Assembly: GCA_947625285.1 (NCBI GenBank)
Contig: CANQNS010000007.1
Location: 11,253-75,252 of the forward strand
Direction: 5' to 3'
Length of the DNA: 64,000 nucleotides
DNA from: an uncultured Oscillospiraceae bacterium
GTDB taxonomy: Bacteria; Bacillota; Clostridia; Oscillospirales; Oscillospiraceae
Part shown: one piece after another, positions 1 to 13,269 of the stretch
Position numbering within the stretch: position 1 is the first letter of the stretch
Layout of the letters: the number at the start of each line of letters is the position of its first letter
The notes under the pieces: generated by a model
The model's input: the letters and a program-made list of their open reading frames with translations, nothing else
What the model was told of the DNA's origin: nothing
Database searches by the model: none
Position numbers and translations under genes: made by a program

Positions 1-38
1 GAGGCGCCGCAACGCCTCCGGTCATCATTTTGAAAGAA

Positions 39-1169
39 TTAAAATTTCCGCTTTTTCCGGCCGGTCTTTTCCCCGGCGATGTCTGCGAACTCCTGCAGCA
101 GCTCCTTCTGCCGGCGGGAGAGGTTTTTGGGGGTCTGCAGGTCGACGGTGACGAACTGGTCCCCCTTCAAGCCGGTGCGGACGTTGGGCACGCCCTTGCC
201 CCGGAGCCGGAACACGGCCCCGGGCTGGGTCCCCTCGGGTATGTTCAAGGACACCGGCCCGTCCAGGGTGGGCACCTGGATCTCCGCGCCCAAAGCGGCC
301 TGGACGAAGCTCAGGCCGGCGTTGACGTAGATGTTGGGGCCCTCCCGCCGGAAGGTGGGGCTGGGCCGGACCTGGACCGCCACCAGCAGATCGCCGGCGG
401 GGCCTCCGTTGGCCCCGGCGTTGCCCTGGCCCCGGAGGGAGACGGTCTCCCCGTCGTCGATGCCGGCGGGGATGGAGATGTTGAGCTTTTTCTGGGCCCG
501 GACGACCCCGTTGCCCCGGCACTTGGGGCAGGGGGTGCGGATGATCCTACCGCTGCCGCCGCACTTGGGACAGGGGCCGGAGGACTGGAACACACCGAAG
601 GGTGTCCGCTGCTGGGTGCGGACCATGCCGGTGCCCTTGCAGTCCGGGCAGGTCTCCGGCGTGGTGCCGGGGGCGCAGCCGGAGCCCTTGCAGTCCGGGC
701 ACGGATCGATGCGGGAGATATTGATATCCTTTTTGCAGCCGAAGGCCGCCTCCTCAAAGGAGATGATCAGCCGGGCCCGCAGGCTCTCGCCCCGGCGGGG
801 ACCGGTGCGGGTCTGCTGGCGGGCCTGGCCGCCAAAGCCGCCGCCGAAGCCCCCAAAGCCGCCGAAGATGTCCCCGAAGATATCCCCCAGGTCCCCGAAG
901 TCGCCGGTGAAGCCGCCGGCGCCGCCCGCGCCGTAGCTGGGGTCCACGCCGGCGAAGCCGAACTGGTCGTACTTGGCCTTCTTGTCCGGGTCGGACAGCA
1001 CGGCATAGGCCTCGTTGGCCTCCTTGAACCGGGCCTCCGCCTCCTTGTCGCCGGGGTGCAGGTCCGGGTGGTTTTCCTTGGCCGCCTTGCGGTATGCTTT
1101 TTTGATCTCGTCCTCCGACGCGCCTTTTTTCAGGCCCAGGACCTCATAATAATCCCGTTTGTCTGCCAT
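39..1169 (-). CDS. dnaJ: Molecular chaperone DnaJ (Hsp40)
   Basis: J domain with HPD (KENHPDLHPGD), a G/F-rich linker, and four CxxCxGxG zinc-finger repeats (CPDCKGSG, CPDCKGTG, CPKCGGSG, CPKCRGNG). The ATG at 1169 (MADKRDYYEVLGL) is preferred over the in-frame GTG at 1178. Confidence 0.95.
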   Translation of the reverse strand: MADKRDYYEVLGLKKGASEDEIKKAYRKAAKENHPDLHPGDKEAEARFKEANEAYAVLSDPDKKAKYDQFGFAGVDPSYGAGGAGGFTGDFGDLGDIFGDIFGGFGGFGGGFGGQARQQTRTGPRRGESLRARLIISFEEAAFGCKKDINISRIDPCPDCKGSGCAPGTTPETCPDCKGTGMVRTQQRTPFGVFQSSGPCPKCGGSGRIIRTPCPKCRGNGVVRAQKKLNISIPAGIDDGETVSLRGQGNAGANGGPAGDLLVAVQVRPSPTFRREGPNIYVNAGLSFVQAALGAEIQVPTLDGPVSLNIPEGTQPGAVFRLRGKGVPNVRTGLKGDQFVTVDLQTPKNLSRRQKELLQEFADIAGEKTGRKKRKF

Positions 1170-1247
1170 GGTGATCACGCTGCCTTTTGGTGGGAGGGAC
1201 CCGAAAGCCCCGCCCGCCGCATTTTATTGGTTGCCCGCTGGGGGGCG

Positions 1248-3101
<1,854 letters not shown>

Positions 3102-3172
3102 TGTAACTTCCTCCTATATGATGATTCGTAGTTTATATGATGTTAAGTCCCCTCCGGGACAGAGCCGCGATG

Positions 3173-3757
3173 TTAATTTGCCACCTGGACCTTGGCGAAG
3201 CGGATCACCTTGTCGCCCAGCTTGAAGCCCTTTTCCAGCTCCAGGACGATCTCGCCCTCGCCGTACTTTTCGTCGTCGATGTGCAGCAGCGCGTCGTGGA
3301 GATTGGCGTCGAACTTCTTGCCCACGGTCTCGATCTCCGTGACCCCCAGGCCCTCCAAAATGGCCTTGAGCTGGCTGAAGATGCCCTCCACGCCCTTACG
3401 GGTCTGCTCGTCGGTCTCATGCTGGACCGCCCGGGCCAGGTTGTCGTACACCGGCAGGAATTTCAGCACCGTGTCGGCCCGCACGTCCGCGTAGATGCTC
3501 TCCCGCTCCTTCTGGCTCCGGCGGCGGTAGTTGTCGTACTCCGCCAGCATCCGCAGATACTTGTCATTGGCCTCGGCCAAGTCCGCTTTCAGCTTGTCGG
3601 TCTCCGAGGGGGCGGGCTCCTTTTCCGGCGCGGCCTCCGCCGCGGGCGCCGCTTCCGTTTCCGCCGGAGTCTCGCCGGCCGTATCGGCCGGGGGCGTTTC
3701 CGGCTCCGGCTGCTGGGCGGGGCGGTTCTTCTCGTCTTTCTTACTCATGGCGTTCAC
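3173..3757 (-). CDS. grpE: Nucleotide exchange factor GrpE
   Basis: Acidic, low-complexity N-terminus followed by a GrpE core (YLRMLAEYDNYRRRSQKE ... HDALLH). Operon position is between hrcA and dnaK. The start may instead be the second ATG (MSKKDEK). Confidence 0.93.
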   Translation of the reverse strand: MNAMSKKDEKNRPAQQPEPETPPADTAGETPAETEAAPAAEAAPEKEPAPSETDKLKADLAEANDKYLRMLAEYDNYRRRSQKERESIYADVRADTVLKFLPVYDNLARAVQHETDEQTRKGVEGIFSQLKAILEGLGVTEIETVGKKFDANLHDALLHIDDEKYGEGEIVLELEKGFKLGDKVIRFAKVQVAN

Positions 3758-4820
3758 TTTCCTTCAATACCAGTTTGTTGTCAAGGCCCGCCGGGGCGTC
3801 GGACCCGGCCAGCAGCCGGCTCAGTCCCGCGGCGATATAGCTCAGCTTGGCGGCCACGCTGGAGTAGTCCATCCGGGTGGGACCCACCACGCCGATGTAG
3901 CCCCGCATGCCGTCTCCGGCGTCGTAGGAGGCCATCACCACGCTGGAATCCTTCAGCTCCTCGGCCAGATTCTCCGGCCCGATGGTGACCCGCAGGCCGT
4001 TGGGCTCCGGGGCCACCGCCGGCAGGTCGCTCATGAGGCGGCTGCCGTCGGAGATGAAGTTCATCAGCGCGTGGGCCTTGTCCGGGTCCCGGAACTCCGG
4101 CTGGCTCAAAAGCTGGGACGCGCCCGCCACCCGCAACGGCGCGGCCTTGGCCGCCGCCAGGCACTCCATGGCGAAGCTGGCTACCACCGCCACCAGGCCG
4201 TAGGTGTCCCCGGCGGCCCGCTCCGTGGAGCGGATCAGGCTGTCCGTGATCTCGCTGTCCGTCACGCCGGTGAAGTTGGCGTTGAAGAGGCTGGAAAGGG
4301 TGGTCACCTGCTCCTGATGGACGGAGAACGGCAGATGCACCAGCTTGTTTTTCACCGTGTTGTCCGTCAGCAGGGCCACCACGATGAAGGTGTTGGCGTC
4401 CACATAGATGAAGTCGAACCGCTTGATGGCGGCGGGAGGCTTCACGGCCATGGCGTAGGCCGGGTACTGGGTCATGGAGCTGGTCAGCTGGCCTACCTCG
4501 CTCATGAGCTGGTCGATCTGCTGCTGCTTTTTAGTCAGCTTGTCGTTGATGGCGGCGGTCTCCGCCTCGGACAGCTTCTGCCGCTCCATGAGCTCGTTCA
4601 CATACAGCCGGTAGCCCGCCGGGGAGGGGATGCGCCCCGCGCTGGTGTGGGGCTGCTCCAGATACCCCATGGCGGTCAGCTCGCTCATCTCGTTGCGGAT
4701 GGTGGCGGAGGAACAGCCGATCTGCCCCGCCAGGCCCTTGGAACCCACCGGCTCTGCCGTGGCGATGTAGCTCTCCACAACGGCGGTCAGTATTCGCTTT
4801 TTCCGGTCGCTCAGCTCCAT
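3741..4820 (-). CDS. hrcA: Heat-inducible transcriptional repressor HrcA
   Basis: MELSDRKKRILTAVVESYIATAEPVGSK winged-helix N-terminus. The ATG at 4820 was chosen because the longer ORF start would run into the CIRCE operator. Overlaps the grpE start by 17 nt. Confidence 0.93.
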   Translation of the reverse strand: MELSDRKKRILTAVVESYIATAEPVGSKGLAGQIGCSSATIRNEMSELTAMGYLEQPHTSAGRIPSPAGYRLYVNELMERQKLSEAETAAINDKLTKKQQQIDQLMSEVGQLTSSMTQYPAYAMAVKPPAAIKRFDFIYVDANTFIVVALLTDNTVKNKLVHLPFSVHQEQVTTLSSLFNANFTGVTDSEITDSLIRSTERAAGDTYGLVAVVASFAMECLAAAKAAPLRVAGASQLLSQPEFRDPDKAHALMNFISDGSRLMSDLPAVAPEPNGLRVTIGPENLAEELKDSSVVMASYDAGDGMRGYIGVVGPTRMDYSSVAAKLSYIAAGLSRLLAGSDAPAGLDNKLVLKESERHE

Positions 4821-4852
4821 GGCCGCCTCCTGGCAATCCCGGATGAGTGCTG

Positions 4853-4879
4853 CTAGCACTCTTTTATTCCGAGTGCTAA
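4853..4879 (-). promoter_or_regulatory. CIRCE operator (HrcA binding site)
   Basis: On the minus strand it reads TTAGCACTC-ggaataaaa-GAGTGCTAG. This matches the consensus TTAGCACTC-N9-GAGTGCTAA in 17 of 18 positions. It lies 33 nt upstream of the hrcA ATG. Confidence 0.9.
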
Positions 4880-4906
4880 TTTACCACACCTTTTAGTGTA
4901 TGTCAA
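4878..4906 (-). promoter_or_regulatory. Sigma-A type promoter of the hrcA-grpE-dnaK-dnaJ operon
   Basis: Minus strand shows TTGACA (4901-4906), a 17-nt spacer, then TAAATT (4878-4883). The -10 element overlaps the left arm of CIRCE. Confidence 0.6.
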
Positions 4907-4954
4907 GGCCCGGCGCGTTATTATTTCTAATTTATTCATATTTGCGCCCCCACG

Positions 4955-4983
4955 AAAAACCGCCGGGACAGTGGTCCCGGCGG
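4955..4983 (-). terminator. Intrinsic terminator after rpoD
   Basis: 10-bp perfect stem (ccgccgggac / gtcccggcgg) with a 4-nt loop. On the minus strand it is followed by a T5 tract. It lies 17 nt after the rpoD stop. Confidence 0.7.
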
Positions 4984-4999
4984 CGTGTGGTGAGCAGTT

Positions 5000-6316
<1,317 letters not shown>

Positions 6317-6318
6317 CT

Positions 6319-8055
6319 TTATGAACCATACCCTTTCGTTCGTTTCAGCTTCTCTGCGTAGCCCCGCAGGTCCTCCCCACGGGACGATCTCTCTTTTTCT
6401 GCGCGTATCTTATTTATGTAATCGTCCATGGCCTGCCGGGCGGCCGGCGCGGAGACGGTGTCCCGCTGGAGGATGCCCGCCAGCAGCGTCAGCTCCTCCG
6501 GCGCGAAGTCCTGGCCCAGCACGTCCAGCGTCACGCCGCGGCCCTGGCTGGCCCGGGCATACACCGCGTCGAAGAGCCGGCCCAGCGCGGGGGAGGTGAA
6601 ATCCGCCCCGGTCAGGGGCAGGTCGCCGAACTGCTCCGGGAACCGGCACAGCAGGTTCAGCACTCCTTCCTCCGCCACCGCGCTGCGCACGTTGTCATAG
6701 CGCAGGGCGCGGTCCATGGGCTGGGCGGCCCGCAGGGGCGCGGCGTCCCGGCGGAGCTGCCGCTTGGCGGCGGCGGTGTTCTGCCGCCGGACACGAGCCA
6801 CCTCGGTCAGAAAGGCGTCCTTGGAAACGCCGGCCTTCTCCGCCGCCCGGATGCCGTATATCTCCCGTTCCACGCTCCCCGGCAGGGAGGCGATCAGCTT
6901 GGCGGCGGCCTTCAGATAGCCCAAACGGCCCTCGTCGGCGGCCAGGTCGTAGTCGGCGGCGATCTGGGCCAGCCGGTACTCCACCTGTCCCCCGCTGCGC
7001 TCGATCAGGTCCCGGAAGGCCTGGGGGCCGTTGGCCTGGATGAACTCGTCCGGGTCCTTGGCACCGGGTATCTCCAGCACCTTGATCTTCAGGTCCAGGG
7101 GCTGCAAAAGGCCGATGGCCCGCTGGGCGGCCTTGCGGCCGGCGGCGTCCGCGTCGTAGGCGATGATCACCTGCTCGGTATACCGGGCCAGCAGCCGGGC
7201 CTGTTCGGCGGTGAGGGAGGTGCCCAGACTGGCTACCGCGCTGTCGAACCCGGCCTGATGCAGACTTACGACGTCTATATTTCCCTCCGCGAGAAGAATA
7301 TATCCGCTTTTGGACTTTTTAGCCAGATTCAGGGCGAAAAGACTGCGGCTCTTGCTGTAGACCAGGGTGTCGGGGCTGTTCAGGTACTTGGGCTCCGCGT
7401 CGGACAGGATGCGTCCCGAAAAGCCTATGACGCTGCCACGCACGTCGATGACCGGGAACATGAGCCGGTTTCGGAAATAGTCGTAAAGGCCGCCGTTTTT
7501 GCCCACCCGGGCCAGGCCCGATTCAATGAGCTCCTGGCGGGTATAGCCTTTGGCGGTCATGGCGTCGGTCAGGCTCTGCCAGCTGTCCGGAGCCAGGCCC
7601 AGGCCAAAGGGCTTGACCATGCGCACGATGCCCCGCTTCTCCACATAGGCCTGACCGGCCCGGCCGGTGTCGGCCAGGAGCTGGGCGTGGAAGAACCGGG
7701 CCGCTTCCCGGTTCAGGGACAGCATCCGGCTGCGCTTGCCCTGGTTCGGGTCGTACCCGTCGTCCGGTACCTCCAGTCCCGCCCGCTTGGCGAGAAACCG
7801 CACCGCGTCCGGGTAGGAGAGGTTTTCGATCTCCATGATGAAGCCGATCACCCCGCCGCCCTTGCCGCAGCCGAAGCAGTGGTAGATCTGCCGCTCCGGG
7901 TTGACGGCGAAGGAGGGGGTCTTTTCCCCGTGGAAGGGACACAGGCCGAACAGATTCACGCCGCTCCGCTTTGTCAGCGGCACATAGGAGCTCACCACGT
8001 CCACGATGTCGCTGCGGCTGGTAAGCTCGTTGATGAAGTCCTCTGAAAAGGGCAT
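6319..8055 (-). CDS. dnaG: DNA primase DnaG
   Basis: Zinc-binding motif [29 protein letters not shown] and a TOPRIM region ([26 protein letters not shown]). Confidence 0.95.
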   Translation of the reverse strand: MPFSEDFINELTSRSDIVDVVSSYVPLTKRSGVNLFGLCPFHGEKTPSFAVNPERQIYHCFGCGKGGGVIGFIMEIENLSYPDAVRFLAKRAGLEVPDDGYDPNQGKRSRMLSLNREAARFFHAQLLADTGRAGQAYVEKRGIVRMVKPFGLGLAPDSWQSLTDAMTAKGYTRQELIESGLARVGKNGGLYDYFRNRLMFPVIDVRGSVIGFSGRILSDAEPKYLNSPDTLVYSKSRSLFALNLAKKSKSGYILLAEGNIDVVSLHQAGFDSAVASLGTSLTAEQARLLARYTEQVIIAYDADAAGRKAAQRAIGLLQPLDLKIKVLEIPGAKDPDEFIQANGPQAFRDLIERSGGQVEYRLAQIAADYDLAADEGRLGYLKAAAKLIASLPGSVEREIYGIRAAEKAGVSKDAFLTEVARVRRQNTAAAKRQLRRDAAPLRAAQPMDRALRYDNVRSAVAEEGVLNLLCRFPEQFGDLPLTGADFTSPALGRLFDAVYARASQGRGVTLDVLGQDFAPEELTLLAGILQRDTVSAPAARQAMDDYINKIRAEKERSSRGEDLRGYAEKLKRTKGYGS

Positions 8056-8092
8056 GTGCCTCTCCTTTCTCTCGTTCTCCGTGGGGGCGCGG

Positions 8093-9094
8093 CTATTTCA
8101 CGCTCCAGCTCTTGGGGATAAAGAGCGATTCAAAGGTGTCGATGGCGAAGCTGTCCGTCATGCCGGAAACATAGTCTGTCACCGCCACAAGGGGCCCCTC
8201 CGCCTCCGCGATGGCGAGAAACTCCGGGGGCAGCTTCTCCACATGGCCGCTGTAATACTCCAGGATGGGGGCCAGCAGGCCCTTCACCTTGGACTCCTCC
8301 CCCTTGGCGGTGGGGTTGTGGTACACGGCGGCGTACATGAACTGCTCAAAAGCGATATAGGCCTCCTCCATGGCCGGGGAGAGGGTCACCTGGCCGCCGC
8401 CGCTGTTTTGGATGGCGTCGGTGACCATGGCGTTGATGCGCTGGGAGTTGCGGGTGCCGACCCGGTCCCGGACGATGGCCGGCACGTCCTCCGGCCGGAC
8501 GATGCCGGCGCGCTGGGCGTCGTCCAGGTCGTGGTTGAGATAGGCGATGTGATCGGCCAGGCGCACCACGTCCGCCTCCAGGGTGTCCTTCGGCTTGCCG
8601 GTGGTGTGGTTCAAAATGCCCATGCGGGTCTCCTGGCACAGATTCAGGCCCCGGCCGTCCTTTTCCAGCTTGTCCACCACCCGCAGGCTCTGCTCATAGT
8701 GGCGGAAGGAGCCGGTGATGTCCCGCAGGGCCCGCTCTCCCGCGTGGCCGAAAGGGGTGTGGCCCAGGTCGTGGCCCAGGGCGACGGCTTCCGTCAGGTC
8801 CTCGTTGAGACCCAGGGCCCGGGCGATGGTCCGGGCGATCCGGGCCACCTCCAGGGTGTGGGTCAGCCGGGTCCGATAGTGGTCCCCCTCCGGCTGCAGA
8901 AACACCTGGGTCTTGTGGCGCAGGCGGCGGAAGGCCTTGGAGTGGGTCACCCGGTCCACGTCCCGCTGGAAGCAGGTGCGCACATCGTCCTCCGGCTCCG
9001 GCACGGGCCGGCCCCGGCTGGCGGAGGACAATGTCCCGTATGGGCCGATGATGGCTTTTTCCTGCTCCTGGCGAAGCTCTCTGTATGTGGGCAT
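8093..9094 (-). CDS. dGTP triphosphohydrolase-like HD-domain protein
   Basis: HD motifs (RLTHTLEVARIART, GHDLGHTPFGHAGE, ADHIAYLNHDLDDA). The ATG at 9094 (MPTYRELRQEQ) was chosen over the longer ORF start at 9208. Confidence 0.85.
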   Translation of the reverse strand: MPTYRELRQEQEKAIIGPYGTLSSASRGRPVPEPEDDVRTCFQRDVDRVTHSKAFRRLRHKTQVFLQPEGDHYRTRLTHTLEVARIARTIARALGLNEDLTEAVALGHDLGHTPFGHAGERALRDITGSFRHYEQSLRVVDKLEKDGRGLNLCQETRMGILNHTTGKPKDTLEADVVRLADHIAYLNHDLDDAQRAGIVRPEDVPAIVRDRVGTRNSQRINAMVTDAIQNSGGGQVTLSPAMEEAYIAFEQFMYAAVYHNPTAKGEESKVKGLLAPILEYYSGHVEKLPPEFLAIAEAEGPLVAVTDYVSGMTDSFAIDTFESLFIPKSWSVK

Positions 9095-9194
9095 GGACGT
9101 CCCCTCTATGTAAAATAAAAGGTATCGCGGAACCCTCCGCAATACCTTTATACGCCGCCAGGCGCGATTTTCCTTTTTTCCCGGGAAAATTTTT

Positions 9195-9800
9195 TCAAAT
9201 TTTCTCAAAGCGCACTTTTCCGCCCGTCAGGTCGGCCAGCCGCCGGGCGAACGCCTCCGCCCGCTCCGCCGGTAGCTCCAGGGTGAGGCGGGCCCGCTCC
9301 GGGTCGGATTCGTAATCGCTCTCCAGAAGAGAGGCCTCCATCTCCCGGATCAGCCGGTGGGCCCGGTCCAGGCTGTCCCAGGGGCAGAAAGCCCGCAGGA
9401 CGGTCATCTCCGGGTCCGGCTCCGTGCCCGCGTCCGCCAGGGCCAGGGCCGCCGCTTTGGAGTAGGCCCGCACCAGCCCGCCGCTGCCCAGCAGCGTGCC
9501 GCCGAAATACCGGGTCACCACGCACAACGCCCCCCGGACCGACGTCCCTCGCAGCACCGCCGCTATGGGGCCGCCGGCGGTGCCGCCGGGCTCCCCGTCG
9601 TCGGACCAGCGGACCGCGCCGTCCGGCAGCACCCAGGCCCAGCAGTGGTGCCGGGCGTCGGGGTATCTCTTTTTCACCTGGGCGATGCGCTCTTTTGCCT
9701 GGTCCTCGTCGGAAATGGGGCATACCTGGGCGATGAAGCGGGAGCGTTTTTCCTCGTACTCGCCGGTGCCGGTGCCGGAGAGCCTTCTGTGTTCACCCAT
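9195..9800 (-). CDS. YigZ/IMPACT family (UPF0029) protein
   Basis: EKRSRFIAQVCPISDEDQAKERIAQVKKRYPDARHHCWAW ... GEPGGTAGGPI is typical of YigZ. The start ATG at 9800 overlaps the hflX stop (ATGGGTGA). The upstream 91 codons of the ORF overlap hflX out of frame. Confidence 0.85.
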   Translation of the reverse strand: MGEHRRLSGTGTGEYEEKRSRFIAQVCPISDEDQAKERIAQVKKRYPDARHHCWAWVLPDGAVRWSDDGEPGGTAGGPIAAVLRGTSVRGALCVVTRYFGGTLLGSGGLVRAYSKAAALALADAGTEPDPEMTVLRAFCPWDSLDRAHRLIREMEASLLESDYESDPERARLTLELPAERAEAFARRLADLTGGKVRFEKI

Positions 9801-11124
9801 CCTGCCGCACCTCGTATGGCCGCAGGCTGTCCCGCAGCGCGGGCCGGACCACGGCCAGCGCGTCGATGCCCTGGTCGGTATACCGCACCTCCAGCAGATT
9901 GGCCTCCCGGCGGAGCTGTTCCACCAGAGCGGCCTTGCTGAAGGGGATGCACAGGCGCATCCGGGCCAGGTCCCCGCCCAGCTTCCGGCCGATGGCGTAC
10001 AGCAGCGCGCCGGTGCCCTCCCCGGTCCGGGCGCAGACGCATATCTCGTCCTCCCCGGCCGGCAGCCGGCCAAAGTAGGCGTCGCACTTGTTGAATACGC
10101 GCAGACAAGGGGTCTGCCCCGCGCCCAGCCGGACGATCAGATCCTCCACGACCCGGGCCTGGGTCTCCCAGTCCGGGTTGGAGATGTCGATGACGTGCAG
10201 CAGCAGCTCCGCATATGTCAGCTCCTCCAGCGTGGCCTTGAAGGCGTCCACCAGCTCCGTGGGCAGCTTGCGGATAAAGCCCACCGTGTCGGACAGGAGG
10301 GCCTGGCCGCCCTCGGCCAGATCCAGCCGGCGGGTGGTGGTGTCCAGGGTGTCGAAAAGCCGGTCCCCGGTCTGGATGCTGTCCCCGGTCAGGGTGTTCA
10401 AAAGGGTGGATTTGCCCGCGTTGGTGTAGCCCACCAGGGCCACCACGGGCAGAGAGTTGCGCTCCCGGCGGCGGCGCTGGGTGCCCCGGACCCGGCGCAC
10501 CTGCTCCAGCTCCTCCGCCAGCTTCTGGATGCGCCGGCGGATGTGCCGCCGGTCGGTCTCCAGCTGGGTCTCGCCGGGGCCCCGGGTGCCGATGGGGGCG
10601 GAGGTGCCCGCCTGCCGCTTCAGGTGGGTCCACATGCCCGTCAGCCGAGGCAGCAGATACCGATACTGGGCCAGCTCCACCTGCAGCTTGCCCTCCCTGG
10701 TGCGGGCCCGCTGGGCGAAGATGTCCAAAATGAGCCCGGTCCGGTCCAGCACCCGGACCCCCAGGGCCTCCTCCAGCACCCGGGCCTGGGAGGGGGTCAG
10801 GTCGTTGTCAAAAACGGCCAGGTCGCATTCCTCGTTTTCGATGAGCTCCTTCAGCTCCCGGACCTTGCCCATGCCAAGAAAGCTGTGGGGGTCCGGCCTG
10901 TCCCGGCTCTGCAGCACGGTGCATACCGGCTCCGCGCCGGCGGTCTCCGTGAGCTTCCACAGCTCGTCCATGCTCACGTCGTCGCTGCGCTCGGCGGCGT
11001 CCATGCTGGCCGCCGACAGGCCCGCCAGCGCGGCCCGTTCTTTTTTCCTCGTCGTTTCCTGTATGGCTGTGTACCTCTTATCTACTAAGATATCTGCATC
11101 AATTCCAGCTGCTCGTGTAGGCAA
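9793..11124 (-). CDS. hflX: GTPase HflX
   Basis: HflX N-domain (KKERAALAGL...) and GTPase motifs (VALVGYTNAGKSTLLNTL, SDTVGFIRKLP, NKCD). The start is uncertain. The only canonical upstream start is the TTG at 11124, which lies inside the 3' end of the neighbouring methyltransferase gene. Confidence 0.88.
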   Translation of the reverse strand: MPTRAAGIDADILVDKRYTAIQETTRKKERAALAGLSAASMDAAERSDDVSMDELWKLTETAGAEPVCTVLQSRDRPDPHSFLGMGKVRELKELIENEECDLAVFDNDLTPSQARVLEEALGVRVLDRTGLILDIFAQRARTREGKLQVELAQYRYLLPRLTGMWTHLKRQAGTSAPIGTRGPGETQLETDRRHIRRRIQKLAEELEQVRRVRGTQRRRRERNSLPVVALVGYTNAGKSTLLNTLTGDSIQTGDRLFDTLDTTTRRLDLAEGGQALLSDTVGFIRKLPTELVDAFKATLEELTYAELLLHVIDISNPDWETQARVVEDLIVRLGAGQTPCLRVFNKCDAYFGRLPAGEDEICVCARTGEGTGALLYAIGRKLGGDLARMRLCIPFSKAALVEQLRREANLLEVRYTDQGIDALAVVRPALRDSLRPYEVRQDG

Positions 11125-12623
11125 AATTCTGGGAGGTTCTGAAAAATGGTATACATGGATGCCGTTATGTACGGAGTAAGGGACAACTCACGTTCCGTTT
11201 GCCTCAGCAGATCATATGTCAACACAGAAAACATTTTCTGGAAGCTCAATCGTTCCAATACTTTTTTTGTATAAGGGCGCTTTGCATCCAGAAAGACGAT
11301 GCTCGTCAAGAAAGATTGGACCGGCTGCGAATTCAACAGGAGCATAGAAACGTAAGCCATGTCATAACTATCAAAGCCAATGAAATAACTGGTGTCATCT
11401 GTCATGACCGGCCGTTGGTCAGAGGAGTATACAAGTGAAAATAGGGGTTTTTTGTAGAATCCGCTTACGACGACCTTAAAACGCGCATATGAATACGGTC
11501 CGATCCCAAAAATGGAAAAGGGGGGTGCGCCGCGATAGATCGAACTCTTCCGTTTTTCAAAATAGCGCGAATGCTCCGTGAGGTATTTCCATGCCTTTGG
11601 TGCCTCGGATTCAATGAGCCGGGTTTCGTCACCGAGTTTTTTCTGCGTGACCAGGACATACTTTGAAAAGCTGTTCATGATTGGTTCTTTCAGCATACTG
11701 CTTTTTATCAAAGGGAAGATCATGCTTCGCTCGATATTGACGGCATCACTATTTCCGTTATACAAAGTACCGTTTATATCTGTTAACTCCATTATTTTGG
11801 AACAATCATGCTTTAGTCCTTGATGCCACGTAAGGCTGCAGAGGCCCTCAAAATCAAAACTACAAGTTTGTGTGTTCCGAATAACATGGTTATTGGAAAC
11901 AGATAATGAGTATAGTTCGTTATCCCAGTCATCTATTGAATATACATGACATATTTTTTGAGTGTTCGCAATAGGGGAAAGCTTTAGGATCAGTGAGCAA
12001 GCGTTTGTGTGTATTCCAAACTCCTGAGCAGCGTTGAATTCAAGCATGTCAAAATATTCAAAACCAACGTCGCTTGTTGTGAGCGTCTTGAATATATTTC
12101 TCGCAACAGAAGCCTTACAGAGCATTGCAATCACAGAATCCGTGCCGAGCAAGGAATGTATCAGTTTTAAAATGATATATTCGCAGATGTCAAAATTGCT
12201 TGCACCAGTGATAGCATCGAGCCCTTTCAGACCTTTGAAATTCGACTTTTTGGGCATATTGTCCGATTGCACAGCAGAAAGCGCACTATTAGTTACCCAT
12301 GGCGGATTGCCGATGACCAGTATATCCGAAGCACTCCCAATTATCTCTTTGATAGATACAGAAAAAAAATCAAGGTTATAGATGCTGATCCGTTTATCAT
12401 GAAATCTTGTCCGGCATTGATCACAGTAGTCAGCGTTGATCTCAATGCCATAGTATTTCTGCGCATCAAAAACCAGACTGCTTTGCAAAAAATTACCAAT
12501 TCCACAAGTGGGCTCAATGACGGTCAGCGGTTTAACTTGCTTTTTTTCTTGCAGGTATTTGCAGATGGTATCCGCAAGCCTGACCGGTGTTTGATAGTCG
12601 CCGTACTCTTGCTTACCAGTCAT
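11085..12623 (-). CDS. N6-adenine DNA methyltransferase (gamma-class, TaqI/Eco57I-like, with C-terminal target-recognition domain)
   Basis: SAM-binding motif I VIEPTCGIGNF and catalytic motif IV GNPPWV. The long C-terminal half resembles TaqI_C-type specificity domains. The gene is AT-rich relative to its flanks. Confidence 0.85.
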   Translation of the reverse strand: MTGKQEYGDYQTPVRLADTICKYLQEKKQVKPLTVIEPTCGIGNFLQSSLVFDAQKYYGIEINADYCDQCRTRFHDKRISIYNLDFFSVSIKEIIGSASDILVIGNPPWVTNSALSAVQSDNMPKKSNFKGLKGLDAITGASNFDICEYIILKLIHSLLGTDSVIAMLCKASVARNIFKTLTTSDVGFEYFDMLEFNAAQEFGIHTNACSLILKLSPIANTQKICHVYSIDDWDNELYSLSVSNNHVIRNTQTCSFDFEGLCSLTWHQGLKHDCSKIMELTDINGTLYNGNSDAVNIERSMIFPLIKSSMLKEPIMNSFSKYVLVTQKKLGDETRLIESEAPKAWKYLTEHSRYFEKRKSSIYRGAPPFSIFGIGPYSYARFKVVVSGFYKKPLFSLVYSSDQRPVMTDDTSYFIGFDSYDMAYVSMLLLNSQPVQSFLTSIVFLDAKRPYTKKVLERLSFQKMFSVLTYDLLRQTERELSLTPYITASMYTIFQNLPEFCLHEQLELMQIS

Positions 12624-13269
12624 AGTTCTTTATCCCTGATACAGTGTTATCCAGAGCAATTACTCGGGAATACTGAAGCCTCCACTGCAAAGCGTTACTG
12701 ATAGTCAGATATCCCTGTTCTGGAAGATTGGCAAATATCTCCCTTGCAAGCGTGTGATATGTTATTTCGTCGCCAGGGACGTTACGGTCCTGCAAATAAG
12801 CGACTATATCCTCCTCATTTGCTCCATCACTGAGCATTTCACGGAGCCGCTTTGTAGTTGTATAATCAGCTGTTCTCTGTTTTTCAACAAATGTGCAGTG
12901 TGTAAAATGGAGTACACAGGCATTATCAGCATCGTGCTTTTCATAGACAAATACCAGCAAATTATAACCAAGGCCAAATATTTTCTGCCGAGCATTTTCA
13001 AAGGGACAACTGGACTGGGGTTGTGTGACCGATGTGACCTTGATATCTGTCAGGATGTCCTCATCGGGAAGATCGATTCCTCGCGCGCTACTTCCAACAG
13101 ACAAATCATATTTTTGAACAAGATAATTCTGAAAACTATGTTCTACGTATGTTCCAACCGCTTTCCCGTCAGTAACACCGATAAGAGAAGTATGATTTTT
13201 CTTTGAAAAAATCTCACAGAATGCTGACGCCTCGTTTTTCAAACACTCTATTGTTAATTTTGGTTTCAT
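12613..13269 (-). CDS. Putative type II restriction endonuclease (PD-(D/E)xK candidate)
   Basis: 218 aa, AT-rich. Its stop overlaps the methyltransferase start by 11 nt. Contains a candidate catalytic motif GID-x8-DIK (GIDLPDEDILTDIKV). SD AGGAG lies 9 nt before the ATG. I did not recognise a specific enzyme family. Confidence 0.55.
   Translation of the reverse strand: MKPKLTIECLKNEASAFCEIFSKKNHTSLIGVTDGKAVGTYVEHSFQNYLVQKYDLSVGSSARGIDLPDEDILTDIKVTSVTQPQSSCPFENARQKIFGLGYNLLVFVYEKHDADNACVLHFTHCTFVEKQRTADYTTTKRLREMLSDGANEEDIVAYLQDRNVPGDEITYHTLAREIFANLPEQGYLTISNALQWRLQYSRVIALDNTVSGIKNYDW

Noticed and set aside
1-38. Short hairpin (gaggcg..cgcctc) downstream of dnaJ as a possible terminator
   Set aside because: The stem is only 6 bp, and any U-tract on the minus strand would lie outside the window, so it cannot be supported.
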